Assembly: GCA_007376395.1 (NCBI GenBank)
Contig: VMGE01000004.1
Span: 70,431 to 134,430 of the forward strand
Source: Microgenomates group bacterium Gr01-1014_5
Lineage (GTDB): Bacteria; Patescibacteriota; Microgenomatia; UBA8517; UBA10165
Length of the DNA: 64,000 nucleotides
Reading direction: 5' to 3'
Shown here in pieces: positions 48,249-57,805 of this stretch; the stretch's first letter is position 1, and each line of letters starts with the position of its first letter. The notes under the pieces are model-generated. The model was not told the DNA's origin and did no database searches. It saw nothing but the letters and a program-made list of their open reading frames with translations. A program made the position numbers and the translations under genes.

Positions 48249-48274
48249 TTCTCATACTAGCAAATTTAATCTGT

Positions 48275-48907
48275 CTAGGGTAGGTTGAGGAAAAGATCTC
48301 CGAGCGCCAATTTTACGTTAACATTATTTTCTATATCAAGCCGTGTTGTTTCGATTTTTTCTGCCAATTCAGCGTGCGCCCGCGAGGGTTGTTTTAATAA
48401 AAACAGACGTGCTCCGGCAATTAATTCAGTGCAAAAAACCAGCGCTTCCTGCCGGTCGCCAATCTTGTTTAAATAATCCAAACGTTGGGCTGGAGTTAGC
48501 TTGATAATAGTTTTTAACTTTATTCCTGCCGTTTCTTGAAATTCCGGTATTGCGTTTCCAAGATTAATTTCTTGACAGCGTGAACGAATTGTGTCTAAAA
48601 CTTGTTCGCGGTTAGGGGTAGTAAGAACAAACAAGGTTTGCCCTGAAGGCTCTTCCAGCGATTTAAGAAAGGCATTCGCGGCTTCAGGAGTCAATAACTG
48701 CGCTTCTTCGAGATAAACCGCTCTACCGGCTTCGGGATCTTGCGGGGAAAAAGAAAGTTTATGTTTGAGATTCCTGATTTGTTCAATGGTATGCTTACTG
48801 TCGGTTATCAATTCGTGAATCTCTTTGATGTTTTGTTCGCGGACGAGAGACTGAAACTTTTGTTTTCTATCTGTGATGTTTTTACCAGTAATTAAATACG
48901 CGTGCAT
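48275..48907 (-). CDS. holB: DNA polymerase III delta-prime subunit (short form)
   Basis: HAYLITG, IEQIR, A..LT.EAANAFLKSLEEP, L.TIRSRC. Confidence 0.88.
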   Translation of the reverse strand: MHAYLITGKNITDRKQKFQSLVREQNIKEIHELITDSKHTIEQIRNLKHKLSFSPQDPEAGRAVYLEEAQLLTPEAANAFLKSLEEPSGQTLFVLTTPNREQVLDTIRSRCQEINLGNAIPEFQETAGIKLKTIIKLTPAQRLDYLNKIGDRQEALVFCTELIAGARLFLLKQPSRAHAELAEKIETTRLDIENNVNVKLALGDLFLNLP

Positions 48908-48946
48908 TGTTTGCATTTTACCACTTATTTCGTGGTAAAATCAGGT

Positions 48947-50710
48947 ATGCCTGCTATTGCCAGCCCCGCTCAGAACGGGGTCTCTGCATCTACAAACGGG
49001 GTTGCCCAACCGGTTGATTCTGCTTCCACCCTGGCTGACGTTCTTGTTTCTCAAGGGCTTTTAAAAAAAGAACAGGCAGAGGCAATTAAACTTCAAGAAT
49101 TACAGGAAGGAAAAACCCAGGAAGAGATTATTCAAGCTTTGGGAACCGTAAACGAGGAGCAACTGGCTCGTGCCAAAGCGTCATTTTATAACATCCCTTT
49201 CTTGGATTTAAACCAAGCCCCTATTTCTCCGGAAGCTTTAGCAGTTTTGCCCCAATCTGTTGCCGCGAGGTTTTCCGTACTTCCAATTTCTGTAAACCGC
49301 GAAAAGAACACGCTCGACCTGGCTATGGCCAACCCTCTTGACTTATCAGCGAATGAATTCGTCGAACAAAAAACAAACCTGCGTGTTAACCCTTTAGCGG
49401 TTGTCCCCTCACTGCTCGCCAAAATACTTACCGAACGTTATTCCATAGGCTTGGCAGAAGAAGTCACAAGCGCCTTGAAAGAGACCGATATCGGTGAAAA
49501 AACAATTGATCTTTCAAAATTATCTGAAATTATTTCAGAGGCTCCAATTGCCAGGATTGTGAAAGAGCTTTTAGCTTTTGCCGTTAAAGCCCGTGCTTCT
49601 GATATTCATATCGAGCCCGAAGAAAAACAAACCAGGGTCCGCTACCGTATTGACGGAATTTTGCAGGAAAAGTTTACAATGCCGCGCCAGTTTCATGATG
49701 CCTTAATCTCAAGAATTAAAATCTTGGGTGGAATGAAAATTGACGAAAAGCGGATTCCCCAAGACGGCAGGTTTAGTTTTAAGTCAGGCTTAGAAGAGGT
49801 GGATTTACGTGTCTCGTCACTGCCGATTGTTTATGGAGAAAAGATCGTTATGCGTTTATTAAAGAAAACAGGAGGCGTTCCCGATTTACCGGATTTGGGT
49901 TTAAGAGGACGAGCTTTAAAAAATTTGCAGGATGCAATTTTGCGGCCCCACGGAATTATTCTTGTTACCGGTCCAACAGGGAGCGGAAAAACAACTACGC
50001 TTTATTCGGTTTTATCAAAGATTAATACTCCCAAAGTCAATATTTTAACTCTTGAAGACCCGGTTGAATATAAAATGGCCGGTGTTAATCAAGTGCAAAT
50101 TAATGCAGATGCCGGTTTGACTTTTGCCACGGGTTTGCGCTCGTTTCTGCGCCAAGACCCCAACATTATCATGGTCGGAGAAATTCGCGATCAGGAAACG
50201 GCACAGCTGGCAATCCAGGCTTCTTTAACCGGACATTTGGTTTTTGCAACTTTGCACACTAATTCAGCGGCCGGCGCACTCCCCCGCTTGGTTGATATGG
50301 GAGCAGAACCGTTTTTAATCGCTTCTACTATTACTTGTATTCTTGCCCAAAGGGTTTGCAGAAAAATACACGAGCCCTGCCGGGAAGATTACACGCCCGA
50401 GGCGCCAGTGGTTGAAGATATGAAGAAGACGCTGGGTAATCTATGGAGCGCTAAGGATCCTGTGAAACTCTACAAAGGTAAAGGCGACCAGGAAGACGGC
50501 AATACAGGTTATATGGGCAGAGTTGGTATCTACGAGGTTATGCCCATTACCGAGAAAATAGGACGTTTGGCCATTGCACGGGAATCGGCAGAAAGTATCC
50601 AAAAACAAGCAGAAGAAGAAGGAATGATTACCATGAAGCAGGACGGATATCTCAAAGCTCTTGACGGAATTACCACTATAGAAGAGGTTTTGCGCGTAGC
50701 ACAAGAGTAA
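48947..50710 (+). CDS. pilB: Type IV pilus assembly ATPase (GspE/PilB)
   Basis: ASDIHIEP, RIPQDGR, GPTGSGKTTTLY, EDPVEY, LRQDP.I.MVGEIRD, TLHTN. Confidence 0.95.
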   Translation: MPAIASPAQNGVSASTNGVAQPVDSASTLADVLVSQGLLKKEQAEAIKLQELQEGKTQEEIIQALGTVNEEQLARAKASFYNIPFLDLNQAPISPEALAVLPQSVAARFSVLPISVNREKNTLDLAMANPLDLSANEFVEQKTNLRVNPLAVVPSLLAKILTERYSIGLAEEVTSALKETDIGEKTIDLSKLSEIISEAPIARIVKELLAFAVKARASDIHIEPEEKQTRVRYRIDGILQEKFTMPRQFHDALISRIKILGGMKIDEKRIPQDGRFSFKSGLEEVDLRVSSLPIVYGEKIVMRLLKKTGGVPDLPDLGLRGRALKNLQDAILRPHGIILVTGPTGSGKTTTLYSVLSKINTPKVNILTLEDPVEYKMAGVNQVQINADAGLTFATGLRSFLRQDPNIIMVGEIRDQETAQLAIQASLTGHLVFATLHTNSAAGALPRLVDMGAEPFLIASTITCILAQRVCRKIHEPCREDYTPEAPVVEDMKKTLGNLWSAKDPVKLYKGKGDQEDGNTGYMGRVGIYEVMPITEKIGRLAIARESAESIQKQAEEEGMITMKQDGYLKALDGITTIEEVLRVAQE

Positions 50711-50812
50711 TTAAAATTCAAAATGCAAAAATCAAAATTGCAAGTCAAAATTCAAAAGTGCTATTCTGAACTGTTGCGTAACTTTTGCCTTTTAACTTTT
50801 GCCTTTTAACTT
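50709..50812. repeat. Inverted heptamer arrays between pilB and pilT
   Basis: ATTCAAA ATGCAAA AATCAAA ... ACTTTTG CCTTTTA ACTTTTG CCTTTTA. Confidence 0.8.
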
Positions 50813-50816
50813 ATCT

Positions 50817-51875
50817 ATGGAATTTGCCCAACTGCTCCAATTAGTCGTTGACAGAAAAGCTTCTGATTTACATTTAGTGGTTGGTTTGCCTCCTATGCTT
50901 AGGGTAGACGGTCTCTTGGCGGCAGTTCCCAACGAGCAGGTTTTGGCTCCTGAGGACGTCGACCGTTTAATAAAAAGCTTTTTAACCGCTGAACAAATAG
51001 AAAGAGTCACAGTTAATAAAGAAATAGATTTGGGTGTGTCTTTCTCGCAAAACGCCCGTTTCCGCGCCAATATTTATCATCAAAGGGGTTATATAACAGC
51101 CGCCTTGCGCAGAATTCCCATGGAAATCCCAACGATTGAGGGATTAAAGCTTCCACAAATTCTTTACACTTTCACCAAACTTAGACAAGGCCTGGTTTTA
51201 GTTACCGGACCCACAGGTCACGGTAAATCAACTACAATCGCCGCCATGCTGGACGAAATTAACAAAACCCGTCCCGCACACGTTCTTACCATAGAAGACC
51301 CCATTGAATTTGTTTTTACGCCGCGCCAGGCAATGTTTTCCCAAAGAGAAATGCGCGAAGACACTTTATCCTGGGAAATCGCGCTCCGCTCGGCTCTGCG
51401 TGAAGATCCGGATATTGTGCTCATTGGTGAGATGCGCGACTATGAAACAATAGCCGCGGCGCTTACCATTGCCGAGACAGGACATCTTGTCTTTGCAACG
51501 CTGCATACCAATTCCGCCGCTCAAACCATTGACCGGATTGTTGACGTTTTTCCTGAAAATCAACAGTCTCAAGTGAGGCTCCAGTTGTCAAACGTTCTTG
51601 AGGGCGTGTTTTCACAGCGCCTTGTTCCTCTGCTTTCAGGAGGGAGAACAGCGGCGTATGAAGTGTTGACCGGAACCAATGCTGTCCGTTCTACCATCCG
51701 GGACGGTAAAACGCACCAAATTGACAATATTATTCAAACTTCTGCCGAGTTTGGTATGACTACTCTGGAAGCGAATTTAGCTGCTTACGTCCAACAAGGA
51801 TTAATTTCCCTCGAAGAGGCTATAAGCTTCTCTATCCGCCCGGAAGAACTGACTCGCATAGTTAAAGGCTCTTGA
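50817..51875 (+). CDS. pilT: Type IV pilus retraction ATPase
   Basis: ASDLHL, GPTGHGKST, EDPIE, LREDPD, AETGHL, AVRSTIR. Confidence 0.95.
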   Translation: MEFAQLLQLVVDRKASDLHLVVGLPPMLRVDGLLAAVPNEQVLAPEDVDRLIKSFLTAEQIERVTVNKEIDLGVSFSQNARFRANIYHQRGYITAALRRIPMEIPTIEGLKLPQILYTFTKLRQGLVLVTGPTGHGKSTTIAAMLDEINKTRPAHVLTIEDPIEFVFTPRQAMFSQREMREDTLSWEIALRSALREDPDIVLIGEMRDYETIAAALTIAETGHLVFATLHTNSAAQTIDRIVDVFPENQQSQVRLQLSNVLEGVFSQRLVPLLSGGRTAAYEVLTGTNAVRSTIRDGKTHQIDNIIQTSAEFGMTTLEANLAAYVQQGLISLEEAISFSIRPEELTRIVKGS

Positions 51876-51878
51876 GCT

Positions 51879-53087
51879 ATGAATGTATTTAAATATCAGG
51901 CAAAAGACCAAACTGGAAAGAAGATCACCGGCAAAGTAGAGGCAGAAACCGGACATGACGCCGCGAGGCTTTTGCGGGAAAGAAATCTGGTTGCTTACCG
52001 CATTTCCCCCCAAACACCCTTTTTTCTTTTAGATATCTTTAATAAAGCAACAAACAAAGTTTCCCTTGCCGACGTGTCGATTTTAACCCGCCAGTTTTCA
52101 ACCATGATTTCAGCAGGTTTGCCGATAACTGACGCTTTGGTAATTATCCGTTCCCAGTGTGCTCCGCAAATGCTGCCGATTGTTAACCAGATACTGTCTG
52201 ATGTTCAAGGCGGGAGTTCTTTGGCAGAGTCTATGGGGAAACACCCTAAAGTTTTTTCGCAAGTCTATGTGTCGCTGATTAAAGCAGGAGAGTCGGGAGG
52301 TGTTTTGGATAAAATCTTGGCGCGTTTGGCTGAAAATTTGGAAAACGAGCGTGAGTTTCAAGCAAAGGTAAAAGGAGCGATGATTTACCCCGTGGTGGTC
52401 GTTTCTGGTATGGCTGTAGTTGTTTCGGTTATGCTTATCTTTGTTATTCCAAAAATAACCTCTATCTACCAGGATTTCGGAGCAAAACTGCCAACTCCGA
52501 CATTAATTTTGATAGGACTTTCGAATGGTGCCCAGAAATATTGGTGGCTGGTAATTTTAATCGGCGCGGGTATTTATTACGGTTTTACGCTTTATAAAAA
52601 AACTCCCGGAGGGCGTATGAAGGTAGATGAGTGGAAATTCAAAATACCTATTATTGGCAACTTGCAAAAACAAGTTATTTTAACCGAATTTACAAGGACT
52701 CTTGGGTTACTCGTCGGTTCCGGTATCCCTATTCTCGAAGCCTTAAAGGTGGTTTCCGGGGCAGTTGATAATGTTCTTGTTGCCCAGGCATTAACGCGCG
52801 CCGGAGAAAAAATAGAAAAAGGGTTTACTCTCGCCTATGCACTCTCGCAAGAAGCAAAAGTATTTCCTGCAATGCTCTATCAAATGCTGGCAGTTGGCGA
52901 AGAGACCGGAAAAGTAGACGAAACCCTGCTTTCTGTTTCAAATGTTTTTGGACAAGAGTCAGAACATACGGTGCGTAATTTAACAACCGCTATTGAGCCA
53001 ATTATTATGATTGTTTTAGGAATTATCGTTGCCGCTTTGGTTATTGCGGTTATTCTGCCTATCTTCAACCTTTCGTCACAATTCTAG
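51879..53087 (+). CDS. pilC: Type IV pilus platform protein (GspF/PilC)
   Basis: TRQF.TM..AG.P, AGE.GG.L, AMIYP, VGEETG, IEP. Confidence 0.95.
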   Translation: MNVFKYQAKDQTGKKITGKVEAETGHDAARLLRERNLVAYRISPQTPFFLLDIFNKATNKVSLADVSILTRQFSTMISAGLPITDALVIIRSQCAPQMLPIVNQILSDVQGGSSLAESMGKHPKVFSQVYVSLIKAGESGGVLDKILARLAENLENEREFQAKVKGAMIYPVVVVSGMAVVVSVMLIFVIPKITSIYQDFGAKLPTPTLILIGLSNGAQKYWWLVILIGAGIYYGFTLYKKTPGGRMKVDEWKFKIPIIGNLQKQVILTEFTRTLGLLVGSGIPILEALKVVSGAVDNVLVAQALTRAGEKIEKGFTLAYALSQEAKVFPAMLYQMLAVGEETGKVDETLLSVSNVFGQESEHTVRNLTTAIEPIIMIVLGIIVAALVIAVILPIFNLSSQF

Positions 53088-53093
53088 AGCCAT

Positions 53094-53239
53094 TCAGTCT
53101 GTCGGGTGGTCAGAGAACTCGGTACTCCGGTGAATCAGGGTCTCAGCAAGTGTCAGTGTTATCAGCACATTCTGTGAGTCAGAAATTTCTGACACTCTGA
53201 TTAACTGATATTCTGAAGTGCTGACTACCGACACCCTGA
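53094..53239. repeat. Inverted 8-9-mer arrays (TCRG... / ...CYGA) between convergent pilC and pilin
   Basis: Left end TCAGTCTGTCGGGTGGTCAG pairs with right end CTGACTACCGACACCCTGA. Confidence 0.75.
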
Positions 53240-53791
53240 TTATGGGCAGGTAATAGTTGAGGCAGAGAATACTTCAAAATTAGTATCGTTGTTTCCGCCG
53301 TCGTTAATCATCTTTATCTTCTCCTTGTTTGAAGCGGATTCCATATAAGTACACAATTTATATCCGGCTGTTGAGTATCTGAAATAATAGTATGCGTTAG
53401 TTCCAGGAACTGCTGTCCCTGCCGAATCTGTGACAGAAGTTGCTCTGTTGATGGGATCAACAGGAATCACATTTGCGTAAGGACAGAGATTTACTCCAAG
53501 CCAGTTTGTAGAACATGTTTTTAAGACTGTAGGACCACTTTCCTTATTTGCGTTTAGCCCTGTAAGTGTACCAGGATTATCTTGGTAGTATTGCTCAATA
53601 ATGGCTTGTAAAGTGGCCATGTCTTTTAGCCTTGCAGTGTCGCGGGCTTTCTTTTGCGCCTCGGCAGGGTTGATGGCCACAAGAGCAACTGTGGCAAGAA
53701 TTCCCAAGATACCAATAACTACGAGTACCTCGATAAGTGTGAAACCGAGTTTTAACTGAAGCTTTCTTTTATTAAGAGCAGATATAAACAT
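53240..53791 (-). CDS. Type IV pilin (candidate major pilin) on the opposite strand
   Basis: KLG|FTLIEVLVVIGILGILA class III signal, ARD..R..D, P.DP, Cys pairs. Confidence 0.92.
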   Translation of the reverse strand: MFISALNKRKLQLKLGFTLIEVLVVIGILGILATVALVAINPAEAQKKARDTARLKDMATLQAIIEQYYQDNPGTLTGLNANKESGPTVLKTCSTNWLGVNLCPYANVIPVDPINRATSVTDSAGTAVPGTNAYYYFRYSTAGYKLCTYMESASNKEKIKMINDGGNNDTNFEVFSASTITCP

Positions 53792-53890
53792 TTGTAAGTT
53801 ATTCAATTATTGACACTTCCGTGTTCTTCTGTCAAGCCCCAATTTGAGTTCATATTTCCATCTCTTCTGCACTTGTGGTACTTTTAAGTC

Positions 53891-54448
53891 ATGGAAAAAA
53901 TTAAAGGTATTACAAAAATTAGACTAATCTTTGGAATTGCTTTTCTGGCACTCATCTTTACTGCTTTTTACTCGCAAATAGATCCAGCAGAAAAGACGAA
54001 GCAAAAAATTGACCGCGAGAATACAGAATACGCAAAAAATATTCTCGGAGCTGTTGCAGGTTTTTACCAAGACACAGGCAGAATGCCTTGGACGGATGAC
54101 TTTGGCTCGGAAAAAGGCGAGGCTCCTTTAATGTTTACTCAAGTGACGGAAACTTCTGTAGGGATTTGCGAAAACACCAAGTGTGCCGGCCCTGGCGAGT
54201 TGGCTCTAAAGGAGCAGAAACTCTACCCTCTGCCTTTTGGAGCAAAAAGTCTGCTTGTTGGCAAAGGTACTTCTAATAGTGATCCGGTTTATGTCTGTTT
54301 CGTACCAGAATCACAAAACATTCGGGAAAAGACGGGAAGTCTTTATAGAATAGAGGAGCTTAAAAAGAAGATTTTCACCGGAGACCTTCCCGCTTGCGGC
54401 GACAATGTCGACTGGAAAGACGAATCCTGCTACGTTTGTATTAAGTAA
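53891..54448 (+). CDS. Pilin-like protein lacking the class III cleavage motif
   Basis: TM then IDPAEK.K...D, parallel to INPAEAQKKARD of the pilin. Several Cys. Confidence 0.7.
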   Translation: MEKIKGITKIRLIFGIAFLALIFTAFYSQIDPAEKTKQKIDRENTEYAKNILGAVAGFYQDTGRMPWTDDFGSEKGEAPLMFTQVTETSVGICENTKCAGPGELALKEQKLYPLPFGAKSLLVGKGTSNSDPVYVCFVPESQNIREKTGSLYRIEELKKKIFTGDLPACGDNVDWKDESCYVCIK

Positions 54449-55239
54449 TGACACTCTTTGAGTATTTAACTCTGCTTATTTTTGGACTTGTTAGCGGTTC
54501 TTTTTTAGGTATGCTTACCTACCGTTTGCCGCGTTCCTTGCATTTTGGCGGAAGATCATATTGTGACCATTGCAAGAGAAAACTTTCTTGGAGCGAAAAC
54601 CTGCCCTTAATTTCCTACCTTGTTCTTAAAAAGTGCAGGTGCGGCAAGAAAATCCCCTCACGTTATCCGTTAATCGAGGCTGCAACAGCAGGATTTTTTG
54701 TTCTGACGGGTTTTGCATACTCGGCAAACATTAACAGCGGTTTTTTAGATACTCTTCATTCGCGTTTGGGGCCTGCTACCCTGCCATTTCTACTATTAAT
54801 AGTTATGGTTCTTATGGCTCTTGCCGTTATTGATATAGAGCGGCAAATCTTGCCTGACGCTCTAGTTTATATTTTAGGTCTTATTTTCGCAGTCTACTTT
54901 ATCCTCTTTGCCAACAACTTATTGTTTTCGCATTTGTTGTGGGGATATTTGAGTTTTCTCTTTTTTCTTACAATTTATTTAGTCACAAAACGCCGCGGTA
55001 TGGGGTTTGGAGATGTTAAATTGTCGTTTGTTTTGGGAAGCTTCTTGGGTTTTGAGCAATCTATTCTTTGGCTGTTTGGGGCGTTTACCTTAGGCGCTGT
55101 TGCAGGTCTAATTCTTCTTGCTGTCAGACGTGCTAAACTGGGATTGCCAATACCGTTCGGGCCTTTTCTTCTTGTTTCTTTTTGGTTGACTGTTTTCTAC
55201 GGGGAAAAGATTGTTGGTTGGTATCTTAAGCTACTATAA
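54448..55239 (+). CDS. pilD: Prepilin peptidase
   Basis: GSFL, RSYCDHC, CRCG..I..RYP, IDIE..ILPD, GMGFGDVKL, IPFGPFL. Confidence 0.95.
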   Translation: MTLFEYLTLLIFGLVSGSFLGMLTYRLPRSLHFGGRSYCDHCKRKLSWSENLPLISYLVLKKCRCGKKIPSRYPLIEAATAGFFVLTGFAYSANINSGFLDTLHSRLGPATLPFLLLIVMVLMALAVIDIERQILPDALVYILGLIFAVYFILFANNLLFSHLLWGYLSFLFFLTIYLVTKRRGMGFGDVKLSFVLGSFLGFEQSILWLFGAFTLGAVAGLILLAVRRAKLGLPIPFGPFLLVSFWLTVFYGEKIVGWYLKLL

Positions 55240-55254
55240 TAATTTATATTCGGT

Positions 55255-55755
55255 ATGAAGAAAAACGAAATAATAGGCGTCGGAATAATCCTCGCGGTAA
55301 TCTTCATAGCCGCCTTTTTTAATCTGAAAAATTCCCTGCTTTTGGCCCGCGACGTCCAACGCAAAAACGATTTAAAGCATATTGCTACCGCACTGACTGC
55401 TTATACGGATATAGCCCGAAGCTATCCAGGGGCAATAGACGGAAAAATCGCAAACTGTGGAATTGGCATGAGCGAGGCTTGCCGCTGGGGTATTGATCCA
55501 TTAAATGCTTCAGAATCGGCAATTATGGAGAGAATGCCGAACGATCCTTCTTGGGCTCAAAGTTATTCTTATCTTTACCGCTCAAACAGAAAAGATTTCC
55601 AGCTTTATGCTCATTTGGAAGACAAAAACGAAGAGGAAATTGACCGCGATATTGAGAAAAAAGGATTTTCCTGCGGGGTGGCAGTCTGCAACTTCGGTCT
55701 ATCGTCTTCAAAGCTTCCTTTAACTGAAAACATCGAAGAAGTGGTTGAAGAGTAG
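55255..55755 (+). CDS. Pilin/GspG-like protein without canonical G|F site
   Basis: TM, ARDVQRKNDL..I..AL..Y, P.DP, FQLYAHLE. Confidence 0.8.
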   Translation: MKKNEIIGVGIILAVIFIAAFFNLKNSLLLARDVQRKNDLKHIATALTAYTDIARSYPGAIDGKIANCGIGMSEACRWGIDPLNASESAIMERMPNDPSWAQSYSYLYRSNRKDFQLYAHLEDKNEEEIDRDIEKKGFSCGVAVCNFGLSSSKLPLTENIEEVVEE

Positions 55756-55756
55756 T

Positions 55757-56245
55757 ATGAAAATAAAAATTAACGGTTTCACACTGATTGAGGTTTTGGT
55801 TGTAATTGCTGTTATTGTCAGTATTACTGCTGTTTCCGGAGGTTATTGGGCAGCCGGAATTAAAAAGGGGCGCAACACAGAGCGCAAGTCAGACCTTGCC
55901 CTTTATAAGGTAGCTCTGGAAAATTATGCCTCTGCTAATAATTCTTATTATCCGTCAGCTGTTACCACAAAAAGGCTTTCTGTTTTTTGCGCGAGTTATT
56001 TAGCGCTTTATATTCCTGATTGCCCTGAAGACTCCTATTATGGAAACGACAACACCCTTGTCTACAACTATCAAGCTTACGGCGGGAATCCTTTGGAGGT
56101 TGATGGCGACCCGACTGCTTTGCGCTGGGTTATGTGGTCAAAACTTGAAACAACCAGCAAAATATGGGTATCCTGTTCTAATGGCAAGAGCGGCGAGATG
56201 GATTCCGTTGGTTTTGCGGTAAGCGACGCGAACTGTCCACTCTAA
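55757..56245 (+). CDS. Type IV pilin
   Basis: NG|FTLIEVLVVIA, RK.DL....ALE.Y. Confidence 0.9.
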   Translation: MKIKINGFTLIEVLVVIAVIVSITAVSGGYWAAGIKKGRNTERKSDLALYKVALENYASANNSYYPSAVTTKRLSVFCASYLALYIPDCPEDSYYGNDNTLVYNYQAYGGNPLEVDGDPTALRWVMWSKLETTSKIWVSCSNGKSGEMDSVGFAVSDANCPL

Positions 56246-56290
56246 CCGCAAATTTTTAATTTTAAATTTATAATTTAAAATGAAATCATA

Positions 56291-56788
56291 ATGTTTAAAT
56301 ATTTAAATACTAAAAATTCAATAAAAATTTCAAATTTCAAATTTCAAATTGGATTTACCCTTATCGAGCTGATGGTGGCAATTACAATTGTGGGAATTTT
56401 GGTCGCGCTTTCTACCTCTGCTTTTCTTGGCGCCAAGAGATCGGCCCGTGACGCCGAAAGGAAAGCAGATTTAGAAGACATCCGCTCAGCTTTGGAGATT
56501 TACCGTTCTGACTGCGGTTTATACCCGCCGGACACTGGAGCTGGCGCTCTGGTTCCCGGAGCCGCGCTTACTGCAACTTGCGCAGGTGCTGTAAATACCT
56601 ATATGTCGCTAGTTCCGCAAGACCCGCTTAAGGATCAAAGCGGTTATGTTTATAAATACACCCGTCTAACCAGCAGTACCTATCGCCTTTGTGCTTACTT
56701 GGAAAACGGCTCGGGTGTGGTCATTGCGTGTGGTAAATGCGATGAGTCAAATGCTGTTGATTGCAACTACAGTGCTGTAAACCCCTAA
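56291..56788 (+). CDS. Type IV pilin (GspG-like)
   Basis: IG|FTLIELMVAI, ARDAERKADL..IRSALE.Y, PQDP. Confidence 0.92.
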   Translation: MFKYLNTKNSIKISNFKFQIGFTLIELMVAITIVGILVALSTSAFLGAKRSARDAERKADLEDIRSALEIYRSDCGLYPPDTGAGALVPGAALTATCAGAVNTYMSLVPQDPLKDQSGYVYKYTRLTSSTYRLCAYLENGSGVVIACGKCDESNAVDCNYSAVNP

Positions 56789-56789
56789 C

Positions 56790-57332
56790 GTGATAATTTT
56801 AAATTTAAAATTTGAAATTTTTAATTCCATGCGCCAGCGTGGCTATACTCTTGTCGAAATCATGATCGGGATGACAATTCTTTCTTTTTTGTTTATCGGC
56901 GGGTATACAGCTTACCGGGAATTTGTGCGCAGACAAATTTTAACCATAGCCACAGAGGATCTGAAGGTGAATCTCAATTCAGCCAGACAAAAGGCGCTTG
57001 GCGCAGAACGACCCGATCCAAACAGCGGAGAATGTTTGGGTGACTTTTTGGGATACTCGTTTACTTTTAACGAGACTTCTTATACTATGGCTCCCAACTG
57101 CGAAGATGTGAGTCCTGGCGCTCTATCCCCTTTCGTTAAAACAGTTAGCTTGTCTGCTTCTGTTTCTGTATCTATACCTGTTTCTGATACAGCCAGTCCA
57201 AATAAAATTTTATTTAAGGCACTGGGCGGCGGAACCGATGTTACAGGCACTCCAGCCGTTATTACCCTAACCCACACCCAATCGGGAAATTTTAAAACTA
57301 TTACTGTTACAGGAGCAGGAGTCATTAAATGA
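56790..57332 (+). CDS. Minor pilin (FimT/GspH-like); start 56790 or 56829
   Basis: RG|YTLVEIMI, C-terminal I.VT.AG.I. Confidence 0.9.
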   Translation: MIILNLKFEIFNSMRQRGYTLVEIMIGMTILSFLFIGGYTAYREFVRRQILTIATEDLKVNLNSARQKALGAERPDPNSGECLGDFLGYSFTFNETSYTMAPNCEDVSPGALSPFVKTVSLSASVSVSIPVSDTASPNKILFKALGGGTDVTGTPAVITLTHTQSGNFKTITVTGAGVIK

Positions 57333-57787
57333 AAAAAAACAGAAGCAAGGGACAGAGTCTTTTTGAATTGATTATTGCCATAGGTATAGGAATTATTATC
57401 GTGACGGCAATTGTGCAGTTAGTCACGATTTCTGTACGCAACGCAAGTTTTGCTAAAAACAAGAATGAGGCAACGCGTCTTGCCCAGCAAGCCTTAGAAT
57501 GGCTAAGGTCTGAAAAAGAAAAGGACTGGGCTGTTTTTTACAATCGTACCGGAAACCCTGCTTATTGGTGCCTTCCCACTCTTGCTTGGATCGCGGGTCA
57601 GTGCGGGTCTGGACAAACTATTTCCGGCAGCACGACTTTTACAAGACAAGCAACTCTTGACCAGGATGACATTGATGATGATGGTGAAGTAATTGACATC
57701 GCGGTGGTCGTGGTGACTGTGTTTTGGACAGAAGGCGGAAAAACACATCAATCTCAGGTAACAACTCAATTTGGGGAGACTGATTAA
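57329..57787 (+). CDS. Minor pilin (PilV-like)
   Basis: KG|QSLFELIIAI, A..LAQ..LE, V.V.W. Confidence 0.88.
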   Translation: MKKNRSKGQSLFELIIAIGIGIIIVTAIVQLVTISVRNASFAKNKNEATRLAQQALEWLRSEKEKDWAVFYNRTGNPAYWCLPTLAWIAGQCGSGQTISGSTTFTRQATLDQDDIDDDGEVIDIAVVVVTVFWTEGGKTHQSQVTTQFGETD

Positions 57788-57805
57788 TATAGTACCAATC
57801 TAATT

